From Vicugna vicugna (Eukaryota): DNA of 64,000 nt. Within the stretch, counting starts at the first letter, position 1. The number at the start of each line of letters is the position of its first letter. Position numbers and translations under genes: made by a program. Location of the stretch: positions 1,426,001 to 1,490,000 of the forward strand of contig MU058387.1 of assembly GCA_013265495.1 (NCBI GenBank), given 5' to 3'. The notes under the pieces were generated by a model. That model saw only the letters and a program-made list of their open reading frames with translations. It searched no databases and had not been told where the DNA came from. Below are positions 50,690-63,639 of this stretch, one piece after another.

Positions 50690-52398
50690 GTATGGTTAAA
50701 AATTCAGTGTACAAGTAGCAAACTATTAAACAATGTGTTTAAAAGAAAATTTCAGTTACGAAGGCATAACAAAACACAAAATATTTGGTAATTATTTTAC
50801 CAAGAGATGTGTAATATGCAAAGACCTCTGTATACTATAAACTTCAAAATACTCCTTATAAAATATAATTCTATAAATGGATATATGGCAATCAAGATAA
50901 TGTGGCATTAGCATAATGCCAAAGAATCCAGAAATAAATTCACATATTGGTCAATTGAATTTGGACAAAAGTGCCAAGATAATCCAACAGAAAAAGCAAA
51001 GTCTTCAACAAATGGTTCTGTAACAACTAGATATCTGTATGGAAGGAGAAAAAATAGAACATAGCACTTTAACTCTCATAATATAAAACTGAATACAAAA
51101 TAGACCAGAAATCTAAATATAAAAGCTAAGATGATTAAACTTCTAGAGAAAAACATTGCATTAGACAAAAATTTCCCAGATGCGATAATGAAAAGCATTA
51201 GTTACAAAAAGTAATAACTGACGTTCTCCAAATTAAAATATTTTGGTCTTGTAAAGTCCCTGTTATAAAAACAGAAAGTGAAAAGACAGATCTAGAAAAA
51301 ATATTTAAAATAAAAAGTGAAAGGACAATATCTGACAAGCAACTTGTATCAACAATATATAAAGAACTCTGACAATTAAATAAATTCAATTTTGAAAAGC
51401 GTGTAAGACATTTGATTTGGCATTTCACAAAGAAAGTACCTGAAAGATGAATAAGCAAATGAAAAGCTTTTCAACATCATTAATCAGTTATTAAGAAAAT
51501 GCAAATTAAATCACAATAAGATAATTCTCTATTATAATTACTGAGTGACTGATAAAAAAAAAACAAATCTGATAATAGCAGAGGCTGGCCTGAATGTGTA
51601 AAAACAGGGGCTTCCATCTGCTGCAAGAAGAAATGTAAAATGATACAATCACTTTTATTATTATTTTTTTTACATTCATGTGCAATTTCTTTTGTGGGCA
51701 TATGTTTTTATTTCTCTTGGAACTGAGTGCAATTGCTGGTCATATGGTAAGTCTATGTTTAACATTTGAAGAGCTGAATGATACAATTACTTTTATAACC
51801 CTTTGGAAAAAGTTCCTCTAAAATTTAAACATATATTACTTTCAGAATAACTCATTGGACTCTTAGGTATTTATCCAAGAAATATTAAAACATTTATCGA
51901 CACAAAGATTTTACCTGCATATGCTTAGCAGCACTATTCATAATAGCCAAACAAGAGAAATAATATAAATTTCAAAAAATTGATTTCATAAAAATATATG
52001 GTTTATCCATACAACAGAACACTGCTCGGCAAAATATGTAGTCAGATTATGCATATGTGCAACAACATGAAAGCATCCCCAAATCATTATGTTGAGTGAA
52101 AGAAATCAAACCAAATAGAATACATACTATCTAATTCCATTCACATAAAATTTTAGAAAATTCACATTACTGAATAGTGTCAGATAATAGATCAGTGATT
52201 CTCTCTATCTGATGGTGGAGTAGAGGTGAGATGGATTACAAAGGTGCACAAGAAATCTTTTAGGAGTGAGAGAAATCAGTATCCTAATTGTGGCAGTGGG
52301 TTTATGAGCATATACATTTGTTGAAGTTCATTTAATTGTACGGTTTAAATGGACATAGTTTATGTAAGTTATATATCGATAAAGTTGATTTAAAAAAT
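50690..52398 (+). mobile_element. old L1ME-type element, ORF2 3' part plus 3' UTR, with a nested inverted L1 fragment
   Basis: 'tggtcaattgaatttggacaaaagtgccaagataatcca', 'gaaaatgcaaattaaatcacaataagata', 'cattatgttgagtgaaagaaatcaaacc', and 3' end 'aaagttgatttaaaaaa'. Confidence 0.85.
51659..51776 (-). mobile_element. 118-bp internal L1 ORF2 fragment with A-rich tail and 20-bp flanking direct repeat
   Basis: Flanks are aatgatacaatcacttttat (51639-51658) and aatgatacaattacttttat (51777-51796). The body 'atatgtttttatttctcttgg..aattgctggtcatatggtaagtctatgtttaac' is reverse L1. Confidence 0.8.
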
Positions 52399-53044
52399 GT
52401 TGCATCCAGCAGGTATAAGAACTCCAGGTGTAGATGGGAAACAGATCAACAAATGAAAGACATTAACTTTGCAATAGAAATGTACGTATGCTATGCTGTT
52501 TATTATAGCAGACTAAATCTGTAATGCTTACCAAGTAACTGAACCCTCATCCTTCTCTCTGTAAAGAAGAGATAGTATTGACCTATCAGAGTTACCCTGA
52601 GGCTAAAATGAAACAAAATATGCAAAACACTTAATACATAATAGATCTTTGTTCCTTCCATCTTATTTTTGTTTTTCTTGAATGTTTTTATATGTTTCTT
52701 GTGTGATTCCAACTGCCTAGAATAGTTTTCTGGCTGCATAAACCGCCTTTTCAAATCAAAGTATTATTTTTCACTCAGTTTGAAACATTACGTTTTTTCC
52801 ATACCTTTCATAGATTTTTATTGACCAAATGCTATTTACTTGCAGCATAATGAATTGCATGATTTTCATGGGGGGAAAAATACCTGTTGATCTTTTTAAA
52901 TTGCATTTGCATTGCATGAATAAATAAGAATGTACAGAATAATAAAATTCAAGTGCCAAAACCTATTTGATAATATAGTGTCTATGTGAGTATGTGTGGT
53001 CAAAACTGCGTACACCGCATATTGAAGAAGGAGCATTTACATAC

Positions 53045-53170
53045 CTGGGTTGCAGAAACTGTGACTCCATTTCCTCTGAATATCTAAATGCATGCTTTCT
53101 TTGCCTTCTGCCATCAACAAAGAGTTCTCAAAACAATTTGAAGAGCCAGTTGTTAAGGAGGACGTAATTT
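53045..53170 (-). other. candidate exon (unassigned)
   Basis: Donor 'CAG|gtatgt' and acceptor 'gtgttgtag|'. 126 nt with one open phase-1/phase-1 frame. Confidence 0.25.
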
Positions 53171-55899
53171 CTACAACACGTTAATCTAGAATATATGTGG
53201 GATTTAAATCTTTAAATACAAGCCACACAGAAAGGAAGTAATCTGTGATTCCGCATCATTTAATCTCACTGCTAAATGTCATTGTGAAGAGCCTGAGAAA
53301 TTCCTAGCAGGCTCAGAACCCACAGAAGGAAGACTCCACTCTCTTGGTTTGCAGAGCATGAAACAGGACTCTGGCATCAGTAGCTGGGAGGTGGTCCCTT
53401 CAGTGAAACAATTTTGGATCTCATAGCAGACCCTCAGCCATTCTCTGTCAACTGAGTGAGATTTTTTTTTTTTTCTTTCTAAATTGCATTCCTATTTCCC
53501 CCTTCCTCTAGAAATGTCTCAAAAAGCAAAGTCTTGTTTTGCTGTACTTTACTCTTGAGCGTGTGTGTCACAGCTGTATCTAACACGAGCATTAAATAAA
53601 GGGCATAATGACACAGTTTCTATTCGTTGATCACTTCCTGTAGTCCTTATGTATATCATATTCACTTCTCATGGATGTTTTGGGATAAAAACACTGCCTA
53701 TTTCTTTCCTCTTAACTTACGAAAAAAGTGGAGCTTAGACATTTTTCTCAAGAGTCCACAACTAGCTTGAAAGCTGGAATTTGACTGTAAGGATATTGTC
53801 CTTTTTTTTTTTTTTTGCCATGGCACAATCCAAAGGGAAAGGGATTCGGTGAGTACCAGATGACTGAGAAACTGACAAAGGTGTGTTTTTACAGAGAACG
53901 GTGATGGTTCCTCCAGAAAGAAAAACAGTCAAGTACGTGGCACTTTGGAAATCAGTGTTTCTCATTCTAGGCGTCTATGTGGTCGGTGTCCCATTTGCCT
54001 GAAAGCAAAAATCAAGCAGTGTAAGAGATTATAGTTGCCCTGTTATTTCCAGGTTGCATGTTTGCTGTCTACTAATACCCTTTGGACATTTTGATGGATA
54101 CGGGTCAGAAAACTATTAACAGGTCCATAATTTCATTTAGTCATTGGTGATTTGAGCTTTTTCTAATTTATCACAAGCCATCTGGGTTGAAGAAACACTC
54201 TCTTGATGTTCATTTCTCCTCATGCACTTGAGCGAAAGTATATATTTGGGATTTAGGAAAGATACAATTATTCTTCTTCTGAAGTCATAACAAGCTGGGG
54301 TATATAGTGGAAGGATCCCTAAGAATCCCCCTCTTTCATCAACTCACACCTTTATCTAGGTTAAGAAACACTTATTTGAAGTCTCATGATTTCAGTCTAC
54401 ACAAATATCTAAGTACTCGTAGTTACTCACTGGGACTCCACTTCTAGTTGAGAAAACTTACCAAACTGTTCGTTCACACGGCAGCTGATGGAAATCAATC
54501 TCTTAGACCCTCCCAAAGAACCTCAGTTTCTCCTTCTCTGGCATGGGAGGGGTTGAACTAAGGCATGTGTCTGTTAGCTTCAACTCGTAACATCCTTCAA
54601 TTCTATGTTCATTATTTCAAGTGAAAAAGAAGTGATTTCACTCTTATTGCATCCTGTATGGTGATATCATTGTGGCCTCTTGTTTTTAAGGGAAATAATT
54701 TGCTTTTTATAAGTTTTGGCTCTCCATGAATTATTGTCTTCAGCAAAATTACTAGTAGAAGTGTGTGTTAACCCATTAGACCTGAAAATTGAAGAAACAA
54801 AAGAGACGTACATTCACTGTCTCTTCAAAAAGATAAACTACATCATCATCTAAGCCAGCATCATCTCTATATTTACCAATGAGTTTCTTTTATCTTCTCA
54901 TAAATTCACAGGGTTTAAACAACAGGAAAGTTGTTTTTTTTGATAATGTTCCTCATCATAGGTAATTGAATCATAATGATATTATTGAGTAATTTATGCA
55001 ATAATCATCATTATTCAGATAAAAAAGGAATTGGAACAATGTAGCGTTTAAAAGTTTGCTTTGTAGTCAAATAGGCTGTGTTCAAATTTGGTTTCCAACT
55101 ATTTCTAATAATAATACCTTCACAGCCTTGTTATAAGAAATAAATGAGACAAATGTGTGTAAACTACCCCGTGGCTATTTTCTGTTACTTCTACCAACTC
55201 TGAATGAGAGCATTGACTTGAGAAGGTCATCAATTCTCTCCTCCCTCAGAGGTCTTGATAGACTCAGTGAGAAGTTGCACGGACTCATGGGGGTAGTCGT
55301 GCCGTAATGAAGCCAGATTTTATTTTGATTATTATGAGTATCACCTCATTCCTTTGTCTGGAAAGTAGTAAAATAAGTTGCACTTGAGCCACATTACAAG
55401 ATGGTATATTTCTTTCTGGAGACTGCACTCCAGAGACAACAATAATGAATGCTTAATATGTTTGAGCAGATCATTTTTAGAGGCAGAAAACTACTGCCAA
55501 TAACAAATTGTCTAAATACAATTATAATTATGATATATTTGTGAACAAGACACATTCAACTTTTCTTCCTCATCCAGCCAGGAAAAACACAAAAAAGCAA
55601 ACATCCCCATTTCTAGATATATATATTTGATGCACATCCTCATTTTTCTTGTAGGATTATGCAGTGCTAGCCCCACAAAGAAGCCCAGCACACATTATTA
55701 ATTTGATAAATCAGCATAATTAAATGCAACTGCCCAATAAACAGATGCATAGATTCTTCTACTCACTGTAGAGAGAGTACATTTATGCTCACTTTCATAA
55801 TCATTAGAGGCCTTCACAAAGCGCCTTTCTCGGGGCATCTTAAGAGTAAGATTGCAGGTCCCTGCCCCCTTTGAAGTTTTCTGTGGATTTATGACATGT

Positions 55900-56180
55900 T
55901 TGGGCGAATGTGAACAGATGTGACGGATCACTTCTCGATGGAAGCTTGAAGAAACAGTATGCCGTTTGCACTCTGCTGTCCCTCCGCCATGGTAATCACA
56001 GGAGCAGGCATCAAAATGTGTATTTACTTCAGCAGCTCGATCTGGTTCTTGCATGACCACTACGCTCAGAGTCTTCCTTTCGACCCAGTAGAACATGACC
56101 TAAGGGAGAATCACGTTTATTACATCAAGCCATTGGAATTTGAGGTCGCAGAGCCATGTGGTACACAGTCAACAAATTAA
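55900..56180 (+). mobile_element. old MLT1 (J/K-like) LTR
   Basis: 'ctctgctgtccctccgccatgg...gagaatcacgtttattacatcaagccattggaatttgagg' resembles the MLT1J/K 3' part. Confidence 0.5.
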
Positions 56181-56479
56181 ATGCTGGCATATTTAAATTT
56201 TTTCACCTTCCGGTTTTTACAAGTCCTCCATTTGATCATCACTGTTTGGAGAATAAAAGTCACATTTCTTGTTACAATATATGATACTCTGCCTAAATTC
56301 CTCTAAGTGCCTCTCTTTCCTTCCTCATTTTCACTTCTGTCACAGTGCATCTTCACTTTGTCTTTGTCAGTCTAGCACCTTATAAACAATACTGCAGTGT
56401 AATTCTACCTGGCACTGCTATCACTAAGAATAAACTTGATTATCTTTCCAAATACTTAAGAGCCATTTATCTTTCATTT

Positions 56480-57150
56480 CCTGTGTGGTCCAAAAGGAAA
56501 AGCTTCAGTGCTGTAAAGATGCTACTCAGTTATCTTGTATGCAGTCTTGCTGTTGAGAGATCAGGTGTCAATCTTGATTCTTGTTCATTCATAGGGGATC
56601 TATTTTTTTTTTTAATTTTTGTATTTAAAAGGTTTTGAAAGTTCTGTTTTGGTATTCTCAGATTTTCCTATGATGTACATTGTATGACTGTGTTTCCTAA
56701 TTTCTGTGTTTAGATTCTGAGTAAATCTTATTAAATAAGTAAATCTTTGCATGTTTTTTTGTATAATTCTGGAAGTTCTTGGTTTTATTTCTTGAAGTCT
56801 GTCTCCCTCTGTTCACTTGGATCACCTGTGAAAACTATTCTAAGAATGTTGGTTCTTCTAATTTTCATTTTTTAAACATTTACTTTATATTTTCTACCAC
56901 TTAATCTCCTCTTGACGCCTTATAGGATAGTTCTTCAAATAAATAATTTAACTCACTAATTTGTCCTTTAGCTGTATCGGTTCAATTCTTCAGTTCTTGA
57001 TTGATTTCCTTCTATAACCATTATAGATTTATTCTGGGTTATCCTATGTAATTGCTTGTTCCTGGTTCCTCTTTCCAATACTCTAATCTCTTTGATGGTA
57101 GCTGATTTGGTTTTATAAAATTTTTTTTGATCTAGTTCATTCCTCCGAAT
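56480..57150 (-). mobile_element. highly decayed L1 ORF1 region
   Basis: T-rich tract with 'tgctgttgagagatcaggtgtcaatcttgattcttgttc', 'ttctcagattttcctatgatgtac' and 'gatagttcttcaaat..ttaactcactaatt'. Confidence 0.55.
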
Positions 57151-57989
57151 ACCCACGGTCTGAACTTTCTGTTTTATTTGTTGTGGAATTTAGTGATATG
57201 CACTTGCAGTGAGATTCTCCAGCCTTAGCTTATGTTCCTTCTCATGGATTCCAGCTGTGGTGGGGACATGTCTCAGGATGAAGGGCTTTAGCATTGCTCT
57301 CAGCACCTCACTGTGCCCTAATATTTTTTAAGAGCTTGCCGCCTCAGTTGTAATTATGTAGCTCTTTGAGTGCAGAAAAAGATACAAGGAGGATAACATT
57401 TTTAGGAGATGACTACACCTTTTGTGTGGGGCCATTGAATTTTCCCCCAAGCTTAAGTTTGTGCCAATAAGGTTGTGTTTCTCAGTCTGCAGTAGCCACA
57501 TTCAAGCACATTTTCAATGAAGCAGAATGGAAAATTAAGGGCATGTCAATAAACTTTCCTCTACCTTGTCTTGGTTAGATGCTCAAGTCTTCTAACATTT
57601 GGATTATTGTTTTATTTCCTGTGTGAATTTACCGTCTTTGTAGGTAAACAAGATTTTTCATAGAGATTACCATAGACCTCAGCAGCAATGTTATCATATA
57701 TATTTGCTTTAAGTTTCTTCTTTAATTGTACACATAAGTTGCTGCTTGTCTTTAGCTTGAGATTGGCTGTGTGTATTTAAAGACTTACCTATAATCATTT
57801 CTGTGCATTTAGAATTTGTAGGGAGCGGTTCTCTTCATCAGTGCAACTTGTCATGTTACCAAGATTTTCTTTGACTATGCCAATTATATTTTTGGAAATT
57901 CCTATGAGAATAGGAGTATAAGAAATTAATTGGTATTATTAACTCATATTATTCCCTACCCCTGATATCTTTATCAAAACACAAACTAA

Positions 57990-58715
57990 CAAAAACACGT
58001 TGTTAAGAGCAGAGCTAAATAAAATTAAAATCAGAAAAATAATGGAGTAAATAAATGAAGCAGAAAGCGGATTCCTTGAAAAGATCAAGAAATGTAATAA
58101 ACAGTTATAAGACTAACAAAAGAGAGAGAAGTCACAAATTCACAAATTACTTGTATCAGGAATGAAACATGTGATACCACTACAGAGCCTACAGACACTA
58201 AAAGGATAATAACAATTACACACAACTACACACAAAATTTGATAGTTAGATGAAATGGACCAATTCTTTGTAAATTACGAAGCACCCAGTAAACACAGCT
58301 CAATAGTAAGACATTTTTCAAAGTTTGAATATCATTATAACTATTTTAAATATGTGTATTATAAGCTCCTGAAAAATAAATCTATAGAATCAGATTTCAC
58401 TGGAAAATACTGCCAAACATTTAAAGAGTAAGACTAATTTACACAGTCTGTTACAGAAAGTAAAAGAGGAGGGATGGTTTCCCAACTCATTTTATGAAGC
58501 CAGCATTATTTTGAATGAAAATCAGAGATAAATGCTGTAAAAAGCTAACAAAACAAGACAAAAACTATAGACTGATATCCCTCAAGAATATGGGTGAAGA
58601 AATTCTTAACAAAATTTTAGGAATTTAGCAAGGTTTAAAATGGATTCTATACCATAACTAAAAGTAGGTTTATTTAAAAATACAAAAGTAGTTCAATATT
58701 TAAAAACCAAAGTAA
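57990..58715 (+). mobile_element. old L1 ORF2 fragment (linker / RT N-terminal part)
   Basis: 'ccttgaaaagatcaa', 'ttagatgaaatggaccaattc', 'cccaactcattttatgaagccagcatta', 'aaaactatagactgatatccctcaagaat'. Confidence 0.85.
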
Positions 58716-58724
58716 TCTGCTATA

Positions 58725-59071
58725 TATATGTATGAGTGAGTATGTATACATTTTATTAATTTACTTATTTATATGTATATAAAAATAGGCTGGAGACTCA
58801 GGAAAGAGTTACAGTTTGAATCTGAAGACAGTCAAGCTGAAGAATCGGGAAGAGACAAAGAGTACTTAATGCATTATGCTGAACTCTTGCCTTCAGCTGA
58901 TTCGATGAAGTTTACCAATGTTGTGGAAGGTAATCTGCTTTACTCAAAATCTACTGATTTAAATGTTAATCTCATCTAAAAACACCCTCACAGAAACATC
59001 CACAACAATGTTTACCCACATATCTGGGCACTATGGATCAAACAAGTTGACATACAAAATTAACCATCACA
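58725..59071 (-). mobile_element. MLT2 (ERVL) solo LTR
   Basis: 'ggtaatctgctttactcaaaatctactgatttaaatgttaatctcatctaaaaacaccctcacagaaacatcc...caagttgacatacaaaattaaccatcaca'. Confidence 0.9.
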
Positions 59072-59089
59072 GAATTATTCAAATACATT

Positions 59090-59240
59090 TTGACAGTGCC
59101 AATTTTCTGATATTGAAACTATTTATTGTGTAAGATGTAACCACTGAGGAAAACTGAATGTAGGACACACAGACCTCTCTGTTATACCTTTGCAACTTCT
59201 TCTAAATCTATAAAATTATTATTTTAAAATAAAAACTTTT
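59090..59240 (+). mobile_element. old L1MC/L1MD 3' terminus
   Basis: 'gtaagatgtaaccactgaggaaaactg...gacctctctgttatacctttgcaacttc...aaaataaaaa'. Confidence 0.7.
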
Positions 59241-60699
59241 TAAAACCACATTAGATGTTTAGTAATCAAAGAACATAAAGTCCAATTTACAATGACTATT
59301 TTCCCATACTATCATAAAGTTCATATTGGAAATGGAATTGAAAATTGAGTTGGATTTCTGCTCAATTTTTCAGTGAAACTGAAACTGATCTTAAAAAATA
59401 AAATCTGTTTAAAAGTGGAAAAAAATGGCTTGGCAATTCCCAGTTTCCTTTACTCAGTATTTCAGCTGGTTAATTTCCTGTTGAGGAAATTCACAGGGCT
59501 TGCTCCCTCTGCCGGCAGAGCTGTATTTCTCTTTCTTCAGGCAACTCTTAACTCATTGGATTTCAGTTTAAATGTCATTTCCCCAGGAAATACTTCTCTG
59601 TCACTCAGATTTGTTCCATTTTCTTGATTAGTTATTCTCATTGGTTCGTATATTTTTCCTTTGCAACATTTATCACGGTTATAATTGATTCCCAAAAACT
59701 GTTTTTCACAATATGTCTTTGATGATATAAATTGTATTCATTTTCGTAAGTATCAATGAGTGCCAATTGTTTGACAATTATGTAACATTTAGTAAGTATG
59801 AGCTATATATTTGTTAAATAAGTTATTCAGAGTTTTTCTTACAGAATGATAATTTTGGAATTCTCTTTCACTTTAATACGCAGATGAGAAACAGCAGTCC
59901 TAAAAGAGGCTGATAGAGCAGATTTTAAGTTCACTGCTATCTGTTTAGTTTCATATTTACAGAAACCTACACAGTACCTGCACAGAGGGGCAATCAGTAC
60001 ACATGTGTTGGATGAATAAATAGGGCCATATTTACAGGCAGAGCCTGAGGTCTGAGAATTGAACCAGGGTTCTGGCTCTGAAACTACATTGGAAGGAAGG
60101 GAAGTGTGGGGAAGAATATCAAGTGATTTTTACCAAAGCAGGTTGGCCTATGTGCTTTTATTCAGGTAAAATTCAAGTGAAACCAACAATCAACAGCCCA
60201 GCTTTATTATAAACTTAAAGATTCAAAGGTACAGAACCGTTATCATCTGTACATTGGCTTACGGCAAAGGCAAGCATCCTTTAACTTCAAATTACTGTCA
60301 GAGTAGCATTCAATATGTGGTAAACAAACCACTCGTTTCCAAAATGTTAACTGTGACCTGCTTCGCTAGTGAGCTTCTGAGAGCAATGTAAGTGTTATCA
60401 ACAGCCTCACACTGTCCAGGAATTTGTCTCACTCTCTGACAAGTGGTCCTTGTTTATTTTTTTCCAAGATGAGCAAGCCTCCTTCGAAATAAACGAGTGA
60501 CGCAAAGCTGTGCTTTTAGAAGAAGATTCTATTTTATCTTCCAAAGAAAGACTGAAGTTCAGTTTAAGAAATCTTGATTTGTATTATTGATATTTTTGTA
60601 TTTGTCCCTTTCTCCTAAGAGAAAAAATATGCAAGTAAAATTTCTATTCATTAAAGGTTTTAGAAATTGTAGTTTTCACGGTTAAAACATTTCACAAAG

Positions 60700-62600
60700 A
60701 CAGAAATGCAAATAATCAAGAAAATAACACCAGAAGTTAAAAAGAACTGCCAAATACATATATATATTTAAAAGTCAGAGTAAATAATGGACTCTGAAAT
60801 TTTAGACTACAGGGGGAATTTTCTAGAAACATGACTTACAAAAATATCATGAAAATAAATGTAAATCTTAAATAGCCCTAAAATCATTACACAAACATTG
60901 TTATGATCAATAATTAAACATTCATTTATATAACAAATCAAGTACAAATACTTTTCCAGTATCTAACAGATAACACACAAAATATTTCTACCCTATATAA
61001 ACTCTTTCAGAATTTGAAAACAGAGAGGATGATTTCCTCTTATTTTTATGAGTCTAGAATAACTTTGTGTCAAACTAAATAAGGATTTTACAGAAAAGCA
61101 AAGTCTCATTGAATTTTTGAACAATGATGCAAAATACCCAGAGCATATTTAACAGATTAAATTCAGCCATATATAAAGAATATAATATATCATGATGAAG
61201 TCAATTTGACTACAGAAATGGATGAATGATTTTTTTATTAGAATATCTCTTAATATAATTTACCATATTAGTTTTTAGAAGAAAAAATATGATCATCTCA
61301 GTAGACAGGAAAACAGTTGAAATATTAACCCTTTGAAGGATATTTATTGAACAGTTACTGTTTTCTAGGTATTCTGAGGCATTCTGAGGTTCTTAATGTC
61401 CAAGTTTTTGCTCTATGGGACTGTAATGGATTATAAAATTTGATAAGTTTTAACAACCATTTAAGGAGGAAAAAAACTTAGTAAAGAAGGAATAGAATGA
61501 AAAGTGCTTAACCCCAAAAAGTGGTCTATCAAAGACATGTAAGAAATATAATATATAATTTTTAAATACTGGATATACTACCTTTAAGTGAGAAACCAGG
61601 CCAGAATGACCAATAACTTCATTTTTATCTCACATTTATTTACAGACCTTACCAAATTTTATAAGAAAAAAAATAAGGTATTGAAAAGATAAAGCAAAAA
61701 TATAATATTTCACGCATTAAGATTAGTCAATAAAATAATAAGATCGTTAAATGTAAGTAGGGCATAACCAAGTAACTTGTGTTCTAATCCACCAGTGACA
61801 GAAGTTAGAAAAAATTTGGGATATCATCTTCAACCAACACACACAAAAATTATAAATCACTCAAAAATAATATATTGCACAGTGTTTAGTTTTATGAAGG
61901 AAATGTACACATATTCAAATCATATCATCATTAAAATAGGGGTACATAGTATTCAAGGATAGGAATAACCAACGTTATAAAGATGTAAATTCTATTCCAG
62001 TTAAAATCAATTAATTCAATTAAATTTCAATTAGTTTCTGACAAAAGTTTTGTACTGTTGTTATATGATGACTGTTATAAAAATCATTATATAGTTAAAG
62101 CTGTGAGGCTGGCAAGGGAATAGATAAAGATCAGTGGGACAAAATAGAAACCTCAGAAATAAAGCAATGTATATATCAACACTTGATCGATGACAGTTTT
62201 GATATTTCAGGTGAGTGGAGGAAAGAGTGGATATTTGATAAACATTACTGGGACAGAAATTTATGTATATGCAAACCATTCTTAACAGAAATTATCAGAA
62301 TTCTGTGGTGATGTCAGCAGCATTGCTTCAAATATTTATAGCTTGAATCATTTAAGAAAAAACAGTTTTTTTTTAAATTAAAACCAAACATCTACATTAA
62401 ACTAGAAATAGTGTAACTGGAAAAGGAAGGTTTACAAAGAAAGCTGACAGATTTAGGAACAGATAAATTAAAAAAATTATTTAAGAAACAAGGCTAAAGT
62501 TAAGAAAAGAGTACAATAACAAAAATATCACTGCAGATAATACTTTATGGAGAAAAAAGAAAATGAGAAAATGAAATGGATACAAATATAAAAGAAATGA
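60700..62600 (+). mobile_element. highly decayed L1 ORF2 (L1ME-type)
   Basis: A-rich + strand with collinear ORF2 motifs 'ttttatgagtctagaataac', 'gatgcaaaata', 'aaaaatatgatcatctcagtagac', 'atagataaagatcagtgggacaaaatagaaa'. Confidence 0.7.
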
Positions 62601-63639
62601 GGAGAATCCTGTTTAGATGCCAAAAGTAACGTGAGACAGTCATTCTCACGCTAACAGCCACAGCAAGCTGGATAATTTGAGAGCTAAGGGCACAAAAGCT
62701 CCCAGTGAATTAATTCCAGAAAGTGAGGAGATCTACGCAGGACAGAAGTAACTGAACGTTGCCTTCACTCCTGCTGCCATTGCAAGAGGAGGAGGAATGG
62801 AATCCGCCACAGACAGGGAAAGAGAAATGAGGTGAGCTTTTGATGAAATATTAATGGCCACGTGTGGTCAAGTATGACAGATCATAATGGTGAGGAGTCT
62901 CTTTGCCATGGATGTTCAGCGAAAGCTCAGGAAGAGAACTCTAAAAGCAAAGCCAGAGGAAGAGAGTTTAGATAGAGCATCCTGGGATGCATGGGGCTCC
63001 CAGCAAGGGCAAAGAAAGCATCACCTGTCCGAAATCAGAGCAGCACTGAGAGAAATCCATTAGATGCACTTGTGGGCTGATACTGAGGATGAGGCAGAAT
63101 TGCTAGGAGAATCTCCCCCTTCCCCCCCCCACTCTGAAATTGCACTCAGGTAGCACTGTGGCACAGCACGTGGGAGCTGAAATCCTTCCTTGGGGTATCA
63201 GGTGGTCACCGCAGCGTGGGCTGCTGCTGCCCTGAGAAGGTTCAAGGGTGAGGCAGCACTGCAGGACTGAAGGAGACAAGATAAAGGAGAGGGTGGGGAG
63301 AATTCCCCGGGGGCCAAAGAGCAGGCAGCTAAGTGACAAAGTGGAGAGAGATCTTCAGCAGCCCAAGACTGCAGGCTCAGCTGCAAAGAGAGGTACCAGC
63401 TTTTAGATATTTAGTCTCTGTTAAAGGGAAGATCTTGATTCCCCTCTTAACACATTTTAATAAAGTCAACCAAGTCTGCTGCACGGTTTGTGAAGGCTCA
63501 CCTCCATTACAAATCAAATCCATTCGGCTCCTGCTTAGGGCCATGACATAAGGAAGGGTGTACCCTATTCTGAAGGTGAATAGAATTTATTTTCTTTTCT
63601 ACTATTCTTTTAGACAAAATGTCTGTCACACAATTAAAA

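Noticed and set aside
55698..56096. 132-aa minus-strand ORF
   Set aside because: Overlaps a decayed MLT1-like LTR and has no recognisable domain or supporting gene structure.
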